From Bacteroidota bacterium (GTDB lineage: Bacteria > Bacteroidota > Ignavibacteria > UBA10030 > BY39): a DNA stretch of 64,000 nucleotides. Location: positions 25,482 through 89,481 of the forward strand of contig JASEGV010000002.1 of assembly GCA_030017895.1 (NCBI GenBank), read 5' to 3'. A model generated the notes under the pieces. The model was not told the DNA's origin and ran no database searches. It was given only the letters and a program-made list of their open reading frames with translations. The position numbers were made by a program, and so were the translations under genes. This document shows positions 28,643 through 39,281 of this stretch, one piece after another (within the stretch, counting starts at the first letter, position 1; every line of letters begins with the position of its first letter).

Positions 28643-30807
28643 TATCGACTCAAAAACATATTGCTTCTCAAAAATTTTTAAGGATTAAACAACGTCGTTC
28701 AAAATTAATATTGCTTGCCTGCCTGGTCGTATTTATTATTATATCAAGTCGATTGATTCAAATTCAGGTAGTGCGGTCCACCGACTTACAATTAGAAGCA
28801 CAATCGCAATACAAGCAGCCGGCAACAATCCCTGCTAAGAGAGGAAATATCTACGATTGTAACGGAAATATTTTAGCATCATCGGCTATGGCAATTAAAG
28901 TTGCAGCCGATTGTTCCTTAATGGATAATGAATCGAAAAATGCGATAGCTAAAAAATTATCTAAATTAACAAACATCAATCCGCGGGTTTATTTAAAAAA
29001 ATTTCATTCTAATAAACGATATGTCTGTTTAGAATCTGAAATTCGTCCGAGTTATAAAAGTTTTTTACAAGAGGACAAACCTCACGGTGTGTTAATTGAG
29101 GAAGTGCCAAAACGTTTCTATCACTATGGAAATTTGGCAGCACAGGTTCTAGGCGGAATGCACTACGATAACTATGGAAAAGGGGGAATCGAAAGTTATT
29201 TCAATTCACAATTGCAAGGGAAGGATGGCTCGATAATAAAATATCGTGATGGTTCACGACGAATTCAACCAGTGCTGGATTTTCCAAAGATCGATCCTCA
29301 AAACGGTAACAGTATTTATTTAACTATCGATTTCGCATATCAGTCTATAGTTGAAGAAGAATTACAAAAGGGTGTGGAGAAATTTCAAGCTGACGGTGCA
29401 ATTGTAATAATGCTGAAACCATCGACCGGAGAAGTATTAGCTGTTGCCCAATATCCAAGTTTTGATCCATCGCACTCGTCACAAGCTGATTTAGCCAATC
29501 AACGAATTAAAGCTCTTACTGATACTTACGAACCCGGTTCGATGTTTAAAATTGTTGCTGCGGCTGCCGCCTTAGAATTAGATCTGGTGAAGCTAGAACA
29601 AAAATTTAATGCCGAAAATGGTAGATATCTTTATCCGGTCGGTAAGAAAGGTATTCTCATAACAGATACACATCCTTATAGTATTTTAACTTTTAAAGAG
29701 GCCATGGAAGTTTCAAGCAATATAGTCTTTGCAAAGATTAATAAAATTGTTGGCTCGGATGCTTTCTACTCACAGGCGCGTGATTTGGGATTTGGGAACT
29801 TCACAAATATCGAACTGCCGGGTGAAGCAAAAGGCCTCCTCAAAAAACCAAACCAATGGTCGGGAACTACCCTGCAAGCGATGTCTCGCGGATATGAAGT
29901 TGGCGCAACTCCGATTCAGATTGCTGCGGCGTATGCAGCACTCGCAAATAAAGGGGTTTTGATGAAGCCATATATTCTGAAACAAATTCAAAATGAAAGG
30001 GGCGATTCAGTAGCCTCAACACAACCAACAATCATTCGTCGTGTATTCAGCGAAAAAACTGCATCCCAACTTTTAGAGATATTCACATCTGTTGTTGAAG
30101 GTGAACGCGGAACGGCAAAATCAGCAATTATAAACGGACTGCGAATAGCCGGAAAAACAGGAACTGCACGCAAAATAGTTGACGGAAAATATTCACAAAA
30201 AAACCATCTCGCTTCATTCGTGGGTTTCTTTCCAATTGAAGATCCTCAAGTAGTTTGTTTAGTAATGCTTGACAATCCAAAAACCGGCGGCTATACTGGT
30301 GGAGTTACAAGTGCAAACATCTTCAAAGCTATTGCTGAACGAATCAGCATTACGAAAAGCTCATTCAATCGGAATAGTGAAACAAATGAAAATAAATTAT
30401 ATGAAGCAAGCGATTTTCCATTAGTTCCGGATGTTTGCGGTATGCAACCCAAAAATGCCGTGCGTTTGTTGGAGAAATTTGGTTTATCTGCTTCAAAAAT
30501 TGGAAACGGAATTTCAGTTTTAGACCAAGACCCGAAACCCGGAACTTTAGTAGCAAAGGGGGCTGAAGTAAAATTGATGTTTGCCAAAACAAATCATGCG
30601 GACGAAAATAGTTTTTATATAGTACCGAATGTAGTTGGGCTTCCATTAAGGCGGGCGGTGAACAGGCTTTCGTTGGAAGGCTTTGAATCGACTGCTCTTG
30701 GTAACGGTATTGTAGTCAGTCAATCGCCCGAAGCGGGAAAATCAGCTTCGCTTAATGCGAATGTGTCTCTAATTTGTGAAGATAAAAAAGTGGCGAGTAA
30801 ATTATGA
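28639..30807 (+). CDS. ftsI: Peptidoglycan D,D-transpeptidase FtsI (class B PBP) with two C-terminal PASTA domains
   Basis: 722 aa. Transpeptidase motifs SMFK, SSN and KTGT. The C-terminus has two PASTA repeats (VPDVCGMQPKNAVRLLEKFGL...; VPNVVGLPLRRAVNRLSLEGF...). Confidence 0.9.
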   Translation: MISTQKHIASQKFLRIKQRRSKLILLACLVVFIIISSRLIQIQVVRSTDLQLEAQSQYKQPATIPAKRGNIYDCNGNILASSAMAIKVAADCSLMDNESKNAIAKKLSKLTNINPRVYLKKFHSNKRYVCLESEIRPSYKSFLQEDKPHGVLIEEVPKRFYHYGNLAAQVLGGMHYDNYGKGGIESYFNSQLQGKDGSIIKYRDGSRRIQPVLDFPKIDPQNGNSIYLTIDFAYQSIVEEELQKGVEKFQADGAIVIMLKPSTGEVLAVAQYPSFDPSHSSQADLANQRIKALTDTYEPGSMFKIVAAAAALELDLVKLEQKFNAENGRYLYPVGKKGILITDTHPYSILTFKEAMEVSSNIVFAKINKIVGSDAFYSQARDLGFGNFTNIELPGEAKGLLKKPNQWSGTTLQAMSRGYEVGATPIQIAAAYAALANKGVLMKPYILKQIQNERGDSVASTQPTIIRRVFSEKTASQLLEIFTSVVEGERGTAKSAIINGLRIAGKTGTARKIVDGKYSQKNHLASFVGFFPIEDPQVVCLVMLDNPKTGGYTGGVTSANIFKAIAERISITKSSFNRNSETNENKLYEASDFPLVPDVCGMQPKNAVRLLEKFGLSASKIGNGISVLDQDPKPGTLVAKGAEVKLMFAKTNHADENSFYIVPNVVGLPLRRAVNRLSLEGFESTALGNGIVVSQSPEAGKSASLNANVSLICEDKKVASKL

Positions 30808-31523
30808 TGTTTAGAATATTCTTGTGCTTAACGATTTCAGTAGCAATTCAAAGTTTGATTTTCTCGCAATCAAAAAAAATAAAATCCGAAACTCAAACCA
30901 GCCATACCCAAGGAGCAAACGGTATTTTAGTACCCGATAGGTCGGTGGTTGTAAAACATTATGATGAAAAAGGTAAAATTGTTTCAGAATCAAATCAGAG
31001 GTTTTGGGAGGAAATTCAAAAAGAAATCACTTACGACACAAAATATTTTTATAACAGCGAAGAGCTTTTAGATTCTTCAATATTATTCGAAGGCGAAAAT
31101 GTTGTTTTAAAGTTGGTGTATGAATTTGATACGACAGGGACTGTTATTGGGGCTGTGGAAATTCTTCCCGACGGAAAATCTTCATTCAGAACTAAATATT
31201 TCTACAACGATAAAAAATTGAAAGTCAGAGAAATCATATCAAATCCGGAAGGTGTAACTTACACAGAAAAGGAATATTCTTACAATAACAAAGGAAAACT
31301 TATTGAAGAAAAAGGAAAAGACAGGGGAACGCCTCGCTATAAGTGGCTTTTTAAATATGACATGAAAAATATTTTGGTCGAACGTAAAATGTTCGACGGC
31401 AACGGAAATTTAATCAGAACAAATAAATATGAAAATAATAACGATGGTAAACCTGTTAAAGAAACCGAAAGTTCACCCGGAAGCCCGTTAAGAATTATAA
31501 AGTACAAATACATTTATTATTAA
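30804..31523 (+). CDS. Secreted repeat protein (KYFYN/YSYNNKGKL-type repeats, MORN/YwqK-like) inserted in the dcw cluster
   Basis: 239 aa with a signal peptide. Contains four degenerate repeats: TKYFYNSEELL, TKYFYNDKKLKV, KEYSYNNKGKLIEE, NKYENNNDGKPV. Confidence 0.5.
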   Translation: MMFRIFLCLTISVAIQSLIFSQSKKIKSETQTSHTQGANGILVPDRSVVVKHYDEKGKIVSESNQRFWEEIQKEITYDTKYFYNSEELLDSSILFEGENVVLKLVYEFDTTGTVIGAVEILPDGKSSFRTKYFYNDKKLKVREIISNPEGVTYTEKEYSYNNKGKLIEEKGKDRGTPRYKWLFKYDMKNILVERKMFDGNGNLIRTNKYENNNDGKPVKETESSPGSPLRIIKYKYIYY

Positions 31524-31526
31524 AAT

Positions 31527-33041
31527 ATGCAGTTAGCGAATTTACTAAATAGTGTAACGGTTATTAAAATTTTCCAGACTCAGTTTGGGAAAATGGCAGT
31601 TACGCACGATGTAGTAATCAACAAAGTTGAATACGACTCGCGCGAAATCAGCCGGGGCGATATGTTTGTTGCACTTCGCGGAAAAAATTCCGACGGACAT
31701 AAATTTATTCAGGACGCCATTGCCAACGGAGCAAAAGTAGTAGTAGTTGAAGACGACAATGCTTTGCCCGATTCGTTTTTTATGCACACAGGTGTGGTAA
31801 AAATCGTCGTCGGGAACAGTCGTAAAGCACTTGCAATTCTTTCTGCAAATTACTGTAAACATCCTGCTGATAAATTAAAAATAATTGGAGTAACAGGAAC
31901 CAACGGAAAAACAACTGCAACACATATAATCAAATCATTATTTGAAGAAAAACAAAATAATAAAATCGGATTGATAGGAACAATAGAAAATAAAATCGGC
32001 GACAAAGTAATTCCTTCGACGCTGACAACACCTGAATCGTTGGAGCTGCAAAAGATGTTTTTAAAAATGAATGAAGCCGGTTGCTCTACTGTAGTGATGG
32101 AAGTTTCCTCGCACGCCCTGCATCAAAACAGAGTCTTTGGGATAAATTTTGCTGCCGGTGTTTTTACAAATTTGACTCAGGATCATCTAGATTATCATGG
32201 GAGTATGGAAGAATACTTCAAAGCAAAGAAAATATTATTCGACAATTTGGATGGAAATGCTGTCGCTATTACAAATTACGATGATGAATACGGACTGAAA
32301 ATCGTAGAGTCAAGCAGGGCTAAGCTAATAACATACGGTACGGATAAGCAAGCTGAGGTCTTCGCAGAAAATATACAACTTTTACCGACATCCACAACAT
32401 TCACCGTAAACTATCAAGGAGACAAATTCGATATTGAATCGCCCCTTGTTGGAAAATTTAATGTGTATAATATTCTTGCAGCTATTTCAACGGCGTTAGC
32501 ATTTGATATCAAGATATCATCGATACAGCATTCTCTTGCAACTATTCCACCTGTACGCGGAAGATTTGAAAATATAGTTTCACCAAAAGGATGGCGGGCT
32601 ATCATCGATTACGCGCACACTCCCGATGCGCTTATGAAATGCTTGCTCGCCATTCGAGATTTGCTGTCGAATCAAAAAACACCGAACGGAAAAATTATTA
32701 CTGTTTTCGGTGCTGGCGGCGACAGAGATAAAACTAAACGACCAATTATGGGAAAAATTGCAAGCGAATTAAGCGACGTTGTAATTCTTACTTCCGATAA
32801 TCCGAGAAGCGAAGACCCTTACAAAATAATTGCTGATATCGCTGAAGGTATTAAAAATAATTCCGGATTTTTCCAAGAGGTTGACCGGCAACGTGCTATT
32901 GAAAAAGCTGTTGAATTGGTATCTAAGGGCGATATTATTTTAATCGCCGGCAAAGGACACGAAAATTATCAGATTATCGGAAATAAAAAAAATCATTTTA
33001 ACGACAGAGAAGTGGTAGAAGAAATTATTCGGCAAATGTAA
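31527..33041 (+). CDS. murE: UDP-N-acetylmuramoyl-L-alanyl-D-glutamate--2,6-diaminopimelate ligase
   Basis: 504 aa. GVTGTNGKTT P-loop and the DNPR motif (TSDNPRSEDP) typical of meso-diaminopimelate-adding MurE. Confidence 0.9.
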   Translation: MQLANLLNSVTVIKIFQTQFGKMAVTHDVVINKVEYDSREISRGDMFVALRGKNSDGHKFIQDAIANGAKVVVVEDDNALPDSFFMHTGVVKIVVGNSRKALAILSANYCKHPADKLKIIGVTGTNGKTTATHIIKSLFEEKQNNKIGLIGTIENKIGDKVIPSTLTTPESLELQKMFLKMNEAGCSTVVMEVSSHALHQNRVFGINFAAGVFTNLTQDHLDYHGSMEEYFKAKKILFDNLDGNAVAITNYDDEYGLKIVESSRAKLITYGTDKQAEVFAENIQLLPTSTTFTVNYQGDKFDIESPLVGKFNVYNILAAISTALAFDIKISSIQHSLATIPPVRGRFENIVSPKGWRAIIDYAHTPDALMKCLLAIRDLLSNQKTPNGKIITVFGAGGDRDKTKRPIMGKIASELSDVVILTSDNPRSEDPYKIIADIAEGIKNNSGFFQEVDRQRAIEKAVELVSKGDIILIAGKGHENYQIIGNKKNHFNDREVVEEIIRQM

Positions 33042-33047
33042 ATTCAG

Positions 33048-34484
33048 ATGCAGCTTACTTTAAACGACATATTATCAATTAATATTTATCAAATTTATAA
33101 CAATAACAATTTGGGTAACGAACGCTTTAAGGGTGTTTCTATAGATTCGCGCACTACCAAATCAGCTGACCTGTTTTTTGCCATTCGGGGCGATAATAAT
33201 GACGGTCATAATTTCCTAGAGGACGCAATATCAAACGGTGCCACAGTAGTTGTTGTCGATAAGAAGTTTTTCTCTAAAGCAATCAATTTTAAAACGAATA
33301 ATAAATTCAATAAACTTTTTGGTGTTACAATCATCGTAGTCGAAAATACATCTGCAGCATTTGGTGAATTAGCTACCGTGTTTCGAAAGAAATTTCAAAT
33401 TCCAATACTTGCAGTAGCAGGAAGCAACGGTAAAACAACAACGAAAGATATGATAGGCAAAGTCTTGTCAGCGAAGTACGATACGTTGGTTACGGAAGGA
33501 AATTTGAACAACCATATCGGGGTTCCATTAACATTGTTTGGCTTGAAACGCAAACACCAGGCGGCAGTAATTGAAATCGGAACCAATCACTTCGGTGAAA
33601 TCGAATATCTCTGTAAAATTTTGCAACCGACACACGGGTTGATAACAAATATCGGTAACGAGCACCTGGAATTTTTTAAAGATATAAATGGTGTTGCAAA
33701 AGAAGAGGGTGAACTTTTCAAGCATTTAACAACCCGCAATAAAGCAGTAGCTTTTGTGAATGCTGATGATAAAAGAATATTAAAATTAAGCCGGACTTTG
33801 GCTCATTCTATTGCTTTCGGTTCAAATAAAAATAGCTTGGATATTATCTGCACTAATCAAACAATAAATGCAAGCGGCAATTATTCAATAGAAGTTTTAA
33901 TTAAAAAATCGAAAAAAAACTTCAAAGTAAATCTTCCAATTCCGGGCAAACATAATATCCAAAATGCACTTGCGGCTTTTACAGTAGGAATTCATTTCAA
34001 AGTACCAACTGCAAAAATTGTGAAAGCTCTCGAAAAGGTTAACCCATCCAGCAAACGGATGGAAACTGTTTCAGTGAAAAAAATAAAAATCATCAACGAT
34101 ACTTATAATGCAAATTTAGACTCGATGTTGGCGGCAATCGAAGTTTTGAAGCAAATGAAATCGCAAGGTAAGAAAATTATTGTTCTTGGAGATATGCTCG
34201 AACTTGGCAAATCATCAAAACAACATCATACATTAATTGGCGAAGCGATAAATAAATATTTTAAAAAGCCGACTGAAACGCCATATCTTTTTACATTTGG
34301 AAAAATGTCGCAGCATATAAATAAAGCAGCAAAATTAAACAATAAAAATCATTACACTGATAAAAAAACATTGACCGAAGATTTGTTAAATATTATTACA
34401 TCCGGCGATGTAGTGCTTGTAAAAGGTTCCCGCGGAATGCGAATGGAAGATGTTGTAAATTCACTAACCGAAAGGCTGAGGTAA
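33048..34484 (+). CDS. murF: UDP-N-acetylmuramoyl-tripeptide--D-alanyl-D-alanine ligase
   Basis: 478 aa. AVAGSNGKTTTK P-loop and Mur ligase domains. Position is canonical. Confidence 0.9.
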   Translation: MQLTLNDILSINIYQIYNNNNLGNERFKGVSIDSRTTKSADLFFAIRGDNNDGHNFLEDAISNGATVVVVDKKFFSKAINFKTNNKFNKLFGVTIIVVENTSAAFGELATVFRKKFQIPILAVAGSNGKTTTKDMIGKVLSAKYDTLVTEGNLNNHIGVPLTLFGLKRKHQAAVIEIGTNHFGEIEYLCKILQPTHGLITNIGNEHLEFFKDINGVAKEEGELFKHLTTRNKAVAFVNADDKRILKLSRTLAHSIAFGSNKNSLDIICTNQTINASGNYSIEVLIKKSKKNFKVNLPIPGKHNIQNALAAFTVGIHFKVPTAKIVKALEKVNPSSKRMETVSVKKIKIINDTYNANLDSMLAAIEVLKQMKSQGKKIIVLGDMLELGKSSKQHHTLIGEAINKYFKKPTETPYLFTFGKMSQHINKAAKLNNKNHYTDKKTLTEDLLNIITSGDVVLVKGSRGMRMEDVVNSLTERLR

Positions 34485-34487
34485 AAA

Positions 34488-35612
34488 TTGCTTTATTACC
34501 TTTTTGAATTTTTATATCGTGAGTTTTCGATTCCCGGTTTCGGAGTTTTCAAATACCTCACATTCCGTGCAGGAGCAGCGGCAATTACTGCCCTGATTGT
34601 GGCTTTTTGGCTCGGTCCGAAAATCATAAAAATTCTGAAGGCAAAACAAATCGGTGAATCAGCAAAATTAGATGCACCCAAAACACACTTGAAAAAAGCC
34701 GGCACACCCACGATGGGCGGCTTAATAGTTCTTGGCTCAATTCTAATTCCGACACTTTTGTGGGGGAATCTCACAAACGGCTACATCGTCTTGATTGTCT
34801 TCGTAACTGCAGGTTTAGGTGCGGTCGGATTTTTGGATGACTATCTCAAAGTTGTTAAAAAGAAACCTAAAGGATTGATCGAAGAGTATAAATTGATTGG
34901 TCAGATTTTAATAGGTTTAATTGTTGGAAGTGTTATCTACTTTTTTCCCCAATGGATTGATGCGACGTTGGTAAAATATAATACGAGTACCACGGTTCCG
35001 TTCTTCAAACATTTAGAATTCGATTTAGGATATTTTTACATCCCGATGGTAGTGTTTATTATTACTGCCACAAGCAATGCAGTAAATTTAACAGACGGTT
35101 TGGACGGGCTGGCAATCGGAACAGTAGGTATAGTTGCGTTGGCATTAGCAGTTATCAGCTATATCAGCGGTAATGCAATATGGAGTGAGTATTTGACAAT
35201 TCCATTTTTAAAAGGTAATGGTGAACTGAGTATCTTTTGCGCGGCGATGGTGGGAGCTGCTCTGGGATTTCTCTGGTTCAACTCGCACCCGGCGCAGGTG
35301 TTTCTTGGTGATACAGGATCGCTTGCGCTTGGCGGTGCAATCGGTGCTTTAACGGTTCTGATTAAAAAAGAATTACTTCTTCCTACACTTGGAGGAATAT
35401 TCTTGATTGAAACTATGTCGGTTATTATTCAACGACTCTATTTCAAATATACCCGAAAACGATATGGTGAAGGCAGGCGCGTTTTTAAAATGGCTCCCCT
35501 GCATCACCACTTCGAAATGATCGGATGGGAAGAACCAAAAATAGTAACAAGGTTTTATATCATAACGATACTGTTTGTAATTTTAAGCTTGGCTACTTTT
35601 AAAGTTAGATGA
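34488..35612 (+). CDS. mraY: Phospho-N-acetylmuramoyl-pentapeptide transferase
   Basis: 374 aa. Ten TM helices. Has NAVNLTDGLDGLA and the HHHFE motif. TTG start. Confidence 0.9.
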   Translation: MLYYLFEFLYREFSIPGFGVFKYLTFRAGAAAITALIVAFWLGPKIIKILKAKQIGESAKLDAPKTHLKKAGTPTMGGLIVLGSILIPTLLWGNLTNGYIVLIVFVTAGLGAVGFLDDYLKVVKKKPKGLIEEYKLIGQILIGLIVGSVIYFFPQWIDATLVKYNTSTTVPFFKHLEFDLGYFYIPMVVFIITATSNAVNLTDGLDGLAIGTVGIVALALAVISYISGNAIWSEYLTIPFLKGNGELSIFCAAMVGAALGFLWFNSHPAQVFLGDTGSLALGGAIGALTVLIKKELLLPTLGGIFLIETMSVIIQRLYFKYTRKRYGEGRRVFKMAPLHHHFEMIGWEEPKIVTRFYIITILFVILSLATFKVR

Positions 35613-36973
35613 AAGATTTCGACAACATAAAAGTTACTGTAATCGGTGCGGCTCGCAGCGGTATTGCTGCTGCTCAGTTATTCAAATCGCACGGCGCTTC
35701 AGTTTTTGTGAGTGAACAAAACAGTACCAATCAAGTTATAACCGCACTTGAATCATTACAGTCGTCCGGTATCGGTATCGAGTATGGCGGGCACACAGAC
35801 CGTGTGTTCGATTGTGCGTTTATGATTATTAGTCCTGGTGTTCCGTCGAATTCTCCGGTTGTCATAGAAGCTCAGCGACGAAGAATTAAAGTAGTAAGCG
35901 AAATCGAAGCAGCTTCATGGTTTTGCCTGGCTCCGATTGTTGCTGTAACCGGTTCGAACGGCAAAACTACTACAACCACGTTGATTGGTGAAATATTCAA
36001 AGAAGCTAAACTCGATAATGAAGTTGCCGGAAATATTGGAACAGCCTTTTCGGGTGTTGTAAATTCTCTAACATTAAATTCAACAGCAATTTTAGAAGTC
36101 AGCAGCTTTCAACTCGATCATGTCGAAATGTTCCACCCTAAGGTATCGGTACTGCTGAACATTACTCCCGATCATTTGGATCGTTATGATAATTCGATGG
36201 ATAAATATTCAGCTTCAAAAGCAAGAATATTTAGTAACCAAACGAACGATGATGTTTTAATTTATAATATCGATGATGAAATTGTAAAGAACATTGTGAA
36301 GTCGGCAATATGTAAATTGTTGCCTTTCAGCATCAAGCAAATGTTGATTGAAGGTGGTTACTTAGTTACAAATGAAAACGGTAAACAACGTTTGGTTATT
36401 AGAATTAATGATGAAGAATTACCTTTAGTCGAAATCCAGGAAATGAATATCAAAGGTTTGCATAATATTTATAACTCCTTGGCTGCTGCATTAGCTGCAA
36501 ATGTTATGGGTATCCAAGCCAAAACGATTTCTCAAGCATTAAAACAGTTTAAAGGTGTTGAACACAGATTAGAATTTGTTCGCGTATTAAATGGTGTAAA
36601 GTATATAAACGACTCGAAAGCTACTAATGTAGATTCTGTATGGTATGCACTCAATGCTGTAAGCGAACCGATTATTTTGTTGCTTGGTGGACGCGATAAA
36701 GGAAACGATTACAGTAAACTCACAGAACTGATACAGGAAAAAGTAAAAGCAATTGTTGCAATCGGGGAATCGGCTGAGAAAGTGTATGATGAATTATCAA
36801 GGTACAAAACAGTACAGATTGTAACTTCAATGGCTGAAGCAGTGAAAGCGGCGGCGAAGTTTGCGGTTACCGGTGATGTTGTTCTGCTTTCACCGGCTTG
36901 TGCATCTTTCGATTGGTTCGATAATTATGAACATCGCGGTAAAGTGTTTAAAGAATTAGTAAATAAACTATGA
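35609..36973 (+). CDS. murD: UDP-N-acetylmuramoylalanine--D-glutamate ligase
   Basis: 454 aa. VTGSNGKTTTT P-loop. Position is canonical. Confidence 0.9.
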   Translation: MKDFDNIKVTVIGAARSGIAAAQLFKSHGASVFVSEQNSTNQVITALESLQSSGIGIEYGGHTDRVFDCAFMIISPGVPSNSPVVIEAQRRRIKVVSEIEAASWFCLAPIVAVTGSNGKTTTTTLIGEIFKEAKLDNEVAGNIGTAFSGVVNSLTLNSTAILEVSSFQLDHVEMFHPKVSVLLNITPDHLDRYDNSMDKYSASKARIFSNQTNDDVLIYNIDDEIVKNIVKSAICKLLPFSIKQMLIEGGYLVTNENGKQRLVIRINDEELPLVEIQEMNIKGLHNIYNSLAAALAANVMGIQAKTISQALKQFKGVEHRLEFVRVLNGVKYINDSKATNVDSVWYALNAVSEPIILLLGGRDKGNDYSKLTELIQEKVKAIVAIGESAEKVYDELSRYKTVQIVTSMAEAVKAAAKFAVTGDVVLLSPACASFDWFDNYEHRGKVFKELVNKL

Positions 36974-38160
36974 AGAGTTCGAAAAAATATAACTATGCCG
37001 ATCTCCCAACGCTTATATGTGTATTGGTATTATTGGCATTCGGCGTTCTTTTAGTTTATACCGCTTCCTCAACGTGGGCTGCTAAAAAATTTGAAGATAG
37101 TGAATACTTATTAAACTCACATGTGTGGAAAGTTTTCGGAGCTGTAGTTTTAATTTTTTTAGGAATGAATTTAGATTATAAACGATATCAAAAATATACA
37201 AAGCTGGCGATGTTTGCTGTATTAGGTTTATTAGTAGCAACATTGATTTTAAAAGGAGAAGTGAAGGGAACATACCGTTTTATGGATTTTGGTCTTGGAG
37301 CTTTCCAACCTTCCGAAATTGCGAAATTTGTTCTTGTTTTTCACCTGTCAGCTTTGATTGCAATAAAGGGGGAGAAGCTTCTTAATTTCAAGGACGGATA
37401 TTTTTCTCTCCTGGTTTGGATTGTTGTGATCACAATTCTCGTGATGATACAGCCAAATTTTAGTATGGGTTCGATGATTTTACTCACCGGTTTTATAATC
37501 ATGTATTTGAGCGGAGTAAGATTTAAGCATTTGATATTAACTATTGTTCCGATAATACCAATTGTAATAATATATTTATTTTTAGCCGAATATCGGTCGA
37601 ATCGCATAGGATTATACTTAAACAATTTTTCATCTTCAATCAAAATAGATATCGAATCAATCAAAGCTGCTGGTAAAGCGTTAGGACAATTATGGCAGGG
37701 AATTCTTGCGTTCGGTAACGGCGGACTTATAGGTGTTGGATTAGGAAACAGCCGTCAGCGCGACTTGTTTGTGCCTGAGGCACATGGTGATTTTATTTTT
37801 TCTATTGTTGGCGAAGAGTACGGTTTAATAGGTACAGTTCTTTTCATGATTTTATTTTTGGTGATTTTTTTAAGAGGATTCAAAATTGCTAAATATACCG
37901 AAGATGCATTTGGAAAATATCTTGCTCTCAGCATCACTGTTCTAATAACATCGTATGCATTTGTTAATGCCGGTGTAACTTTAGGCATATTACCTGTAAC
38001 AGGTTTGCCAATGCCATTTGTAAGTTATGGCGGAACCTCGATTATGGTCTCTGCTTATGCAATAGGAGTTTTACTGAATATTTCTAAACAAACTGATATG
38101 CATCCTAAGTTAATGCGTATCCCGGTTGTCGGAACCGTAAATGCAGAAGGAAATGCGTAA
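36970..38160 (+). CDS. ftsW: Peptidoglycan glycosyltransferase FtsW (SEDS family)
   Basis: 396 aa polytopic SEDS protein lying between murD and murG. Confidence 0.85.
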   Translation: MKSSKKYNYADLPTLICVLVLLAFGVLLVYTASSTWAAKKFEDSEYLLNSHVWKVFGAVVLIFLGMNLDYKRYQKYTKLAMFAVLGLLVATLILKGEVKGTYRFMDFGLGAFQPSEIAKFVLVFHLSALIAIKGEKLLNFKDGYFSLLVWIVVITILVMIQPNFSMGSMILLTGFIIMYLSGVRFKHLILTIVPIIPIVIIYLFLAEYRSNRIGLYLNNFSSSIKIDIESIKAAGKALGQLWQGILAFGNGGLIGVGLGNSRQRDLFVPEAHGDFIFSIVGEEYGLIGTVLFMILFLVIFLRGFKIAKYTEDAFGKYLALSITVLITSYAFVNAGVTLGILPVTGLPMPFVSYGGTSIMVSAYAIGVLLNISKQTDMHPKLMRIPVVGTVNAEGNA

Positions 38161-39280
38161 GTTGAAAGTTCAAAATCATATACGAAAATATTTATTTGCC
38201 GGTGGCGGAACAGGTGGTCACCTTTTCCCCGCTCTGGCAATCGCAGATGAACTAAAGAAACTGGATACCAATGCAGAATTCCTTTTTGTAGGAACAAAAA
38301 ATAAAATCGAAGCTCGTATCGTTCCGCAACGAGGTTATCGTTTTGAAACGATATGGATCAGCGGCTTCCAACGTAGTTTACAATTACAAAATTTATTATT
38401 TCCATTTAAAGTAATTATTTCATTGTTGCAATCTTTTAACATAATCAATCAATATAAGCCATCGATCGTAATCGGTACCGGTGGTTATGTGTCCGGACCA
38501 ATTTTATTAGCCGCTTCGATTGCAGGAATCAAAACAATTCTTCATGAATCGAACAGTTACCCCGGCGCCGTTACACGATTCTTATCGAAGAGAATGACGA
38601 AAGTTTTCATAACATTTGATGCTACAAAAAAGTGGTTGAAACTTTCAAACAACATCGAAATGACGGGAAATCCGACACGTAACGAATTAGGAACAATCTC
38701 GAAATCCGATGGGGTGAAGTATTTCGGTTTATTCGATTCCAGAAAAACTCTGCTCGTATTTGGCGGTAGTTTGGGTGCGGCATCCATTAACACTGCACTA
38801 ATGAATATGATAAAAACTATTCTAAATTCTAATATTCAGATAATCTGGCAAACAGGTGAGAGCGATTTCGAAAGAGTTAAATCCAAATTAAACGAGTTGG
38901 AAATCAACAGCAGTGATGGAATTTGGATCGGAAAGTTTATCGATAAAATGGAGTATGCTTACGCATCGGCTGATGTTGTTTTGAGTCGTGCAGGTGCCAC
39001 AACTTTGGCAGAAATTACACGGCTTGGTAAAGCGGTTATTTTAATTCCGTATCCGCATGCTGTGGCTGATCATCAAACGATTAATGCACGAACTCTTGAA
39101 GAAGCCGGCGCTGCTTTGATGATACAGGATTCAGAACTGATGAATGAAGCTGAAAAATTAATTCTCTCACTCATGAATAACGATCACTTACGGGCTGAAA
39201 TGAATAAAAAATGTTTAGGATTAGGAAAACCTGATGCGGGAAAAATTATCGCATCTAAAATTATAAAAATGGTGAACTGA
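38141..39280 (+). CDS. murG: Undecaprenyldiphospho-muramoylpentapeptide beta-N-acetylglucosaminyltransferase
   Basis: 379 aa. GGGTGGHLFPALA N-terminus and a GT-B fold. Confidence 0.9.
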   Translation: MQKEMRKLKVQNHIRKYLFAGGGTGGHLFPALAIADELKKLDTNAEFLFVGTKNKIEARIVPQRGYRFETIWISGFQRSLQLQNLLFPFKVIISLLQSFNIINQYKPSIVIGTGGYVSGPILLAASIAGIKTILHESNSYPGAVTRFLSKRMTKVFITFDATKKWLKLSNNIEMTGNPTRNELGTISKSDGVKYFGLFDSRKTLLVFGGSLGAASINTALMNMIKTILNSNIQIIWQTGESDFERVKSKLNELEINSSDGIWIGKFIDKMEYAYASADVVLSRAGATTLAEITRLGKAVILIPYPHAVADHQTINARTLEEAGAALMIQDSELMNEAEKLILSLMNNDHLRAEMNKKCLGLGKPDAGKIIASKIIKMVN

Positions 39281-39281
39281 T

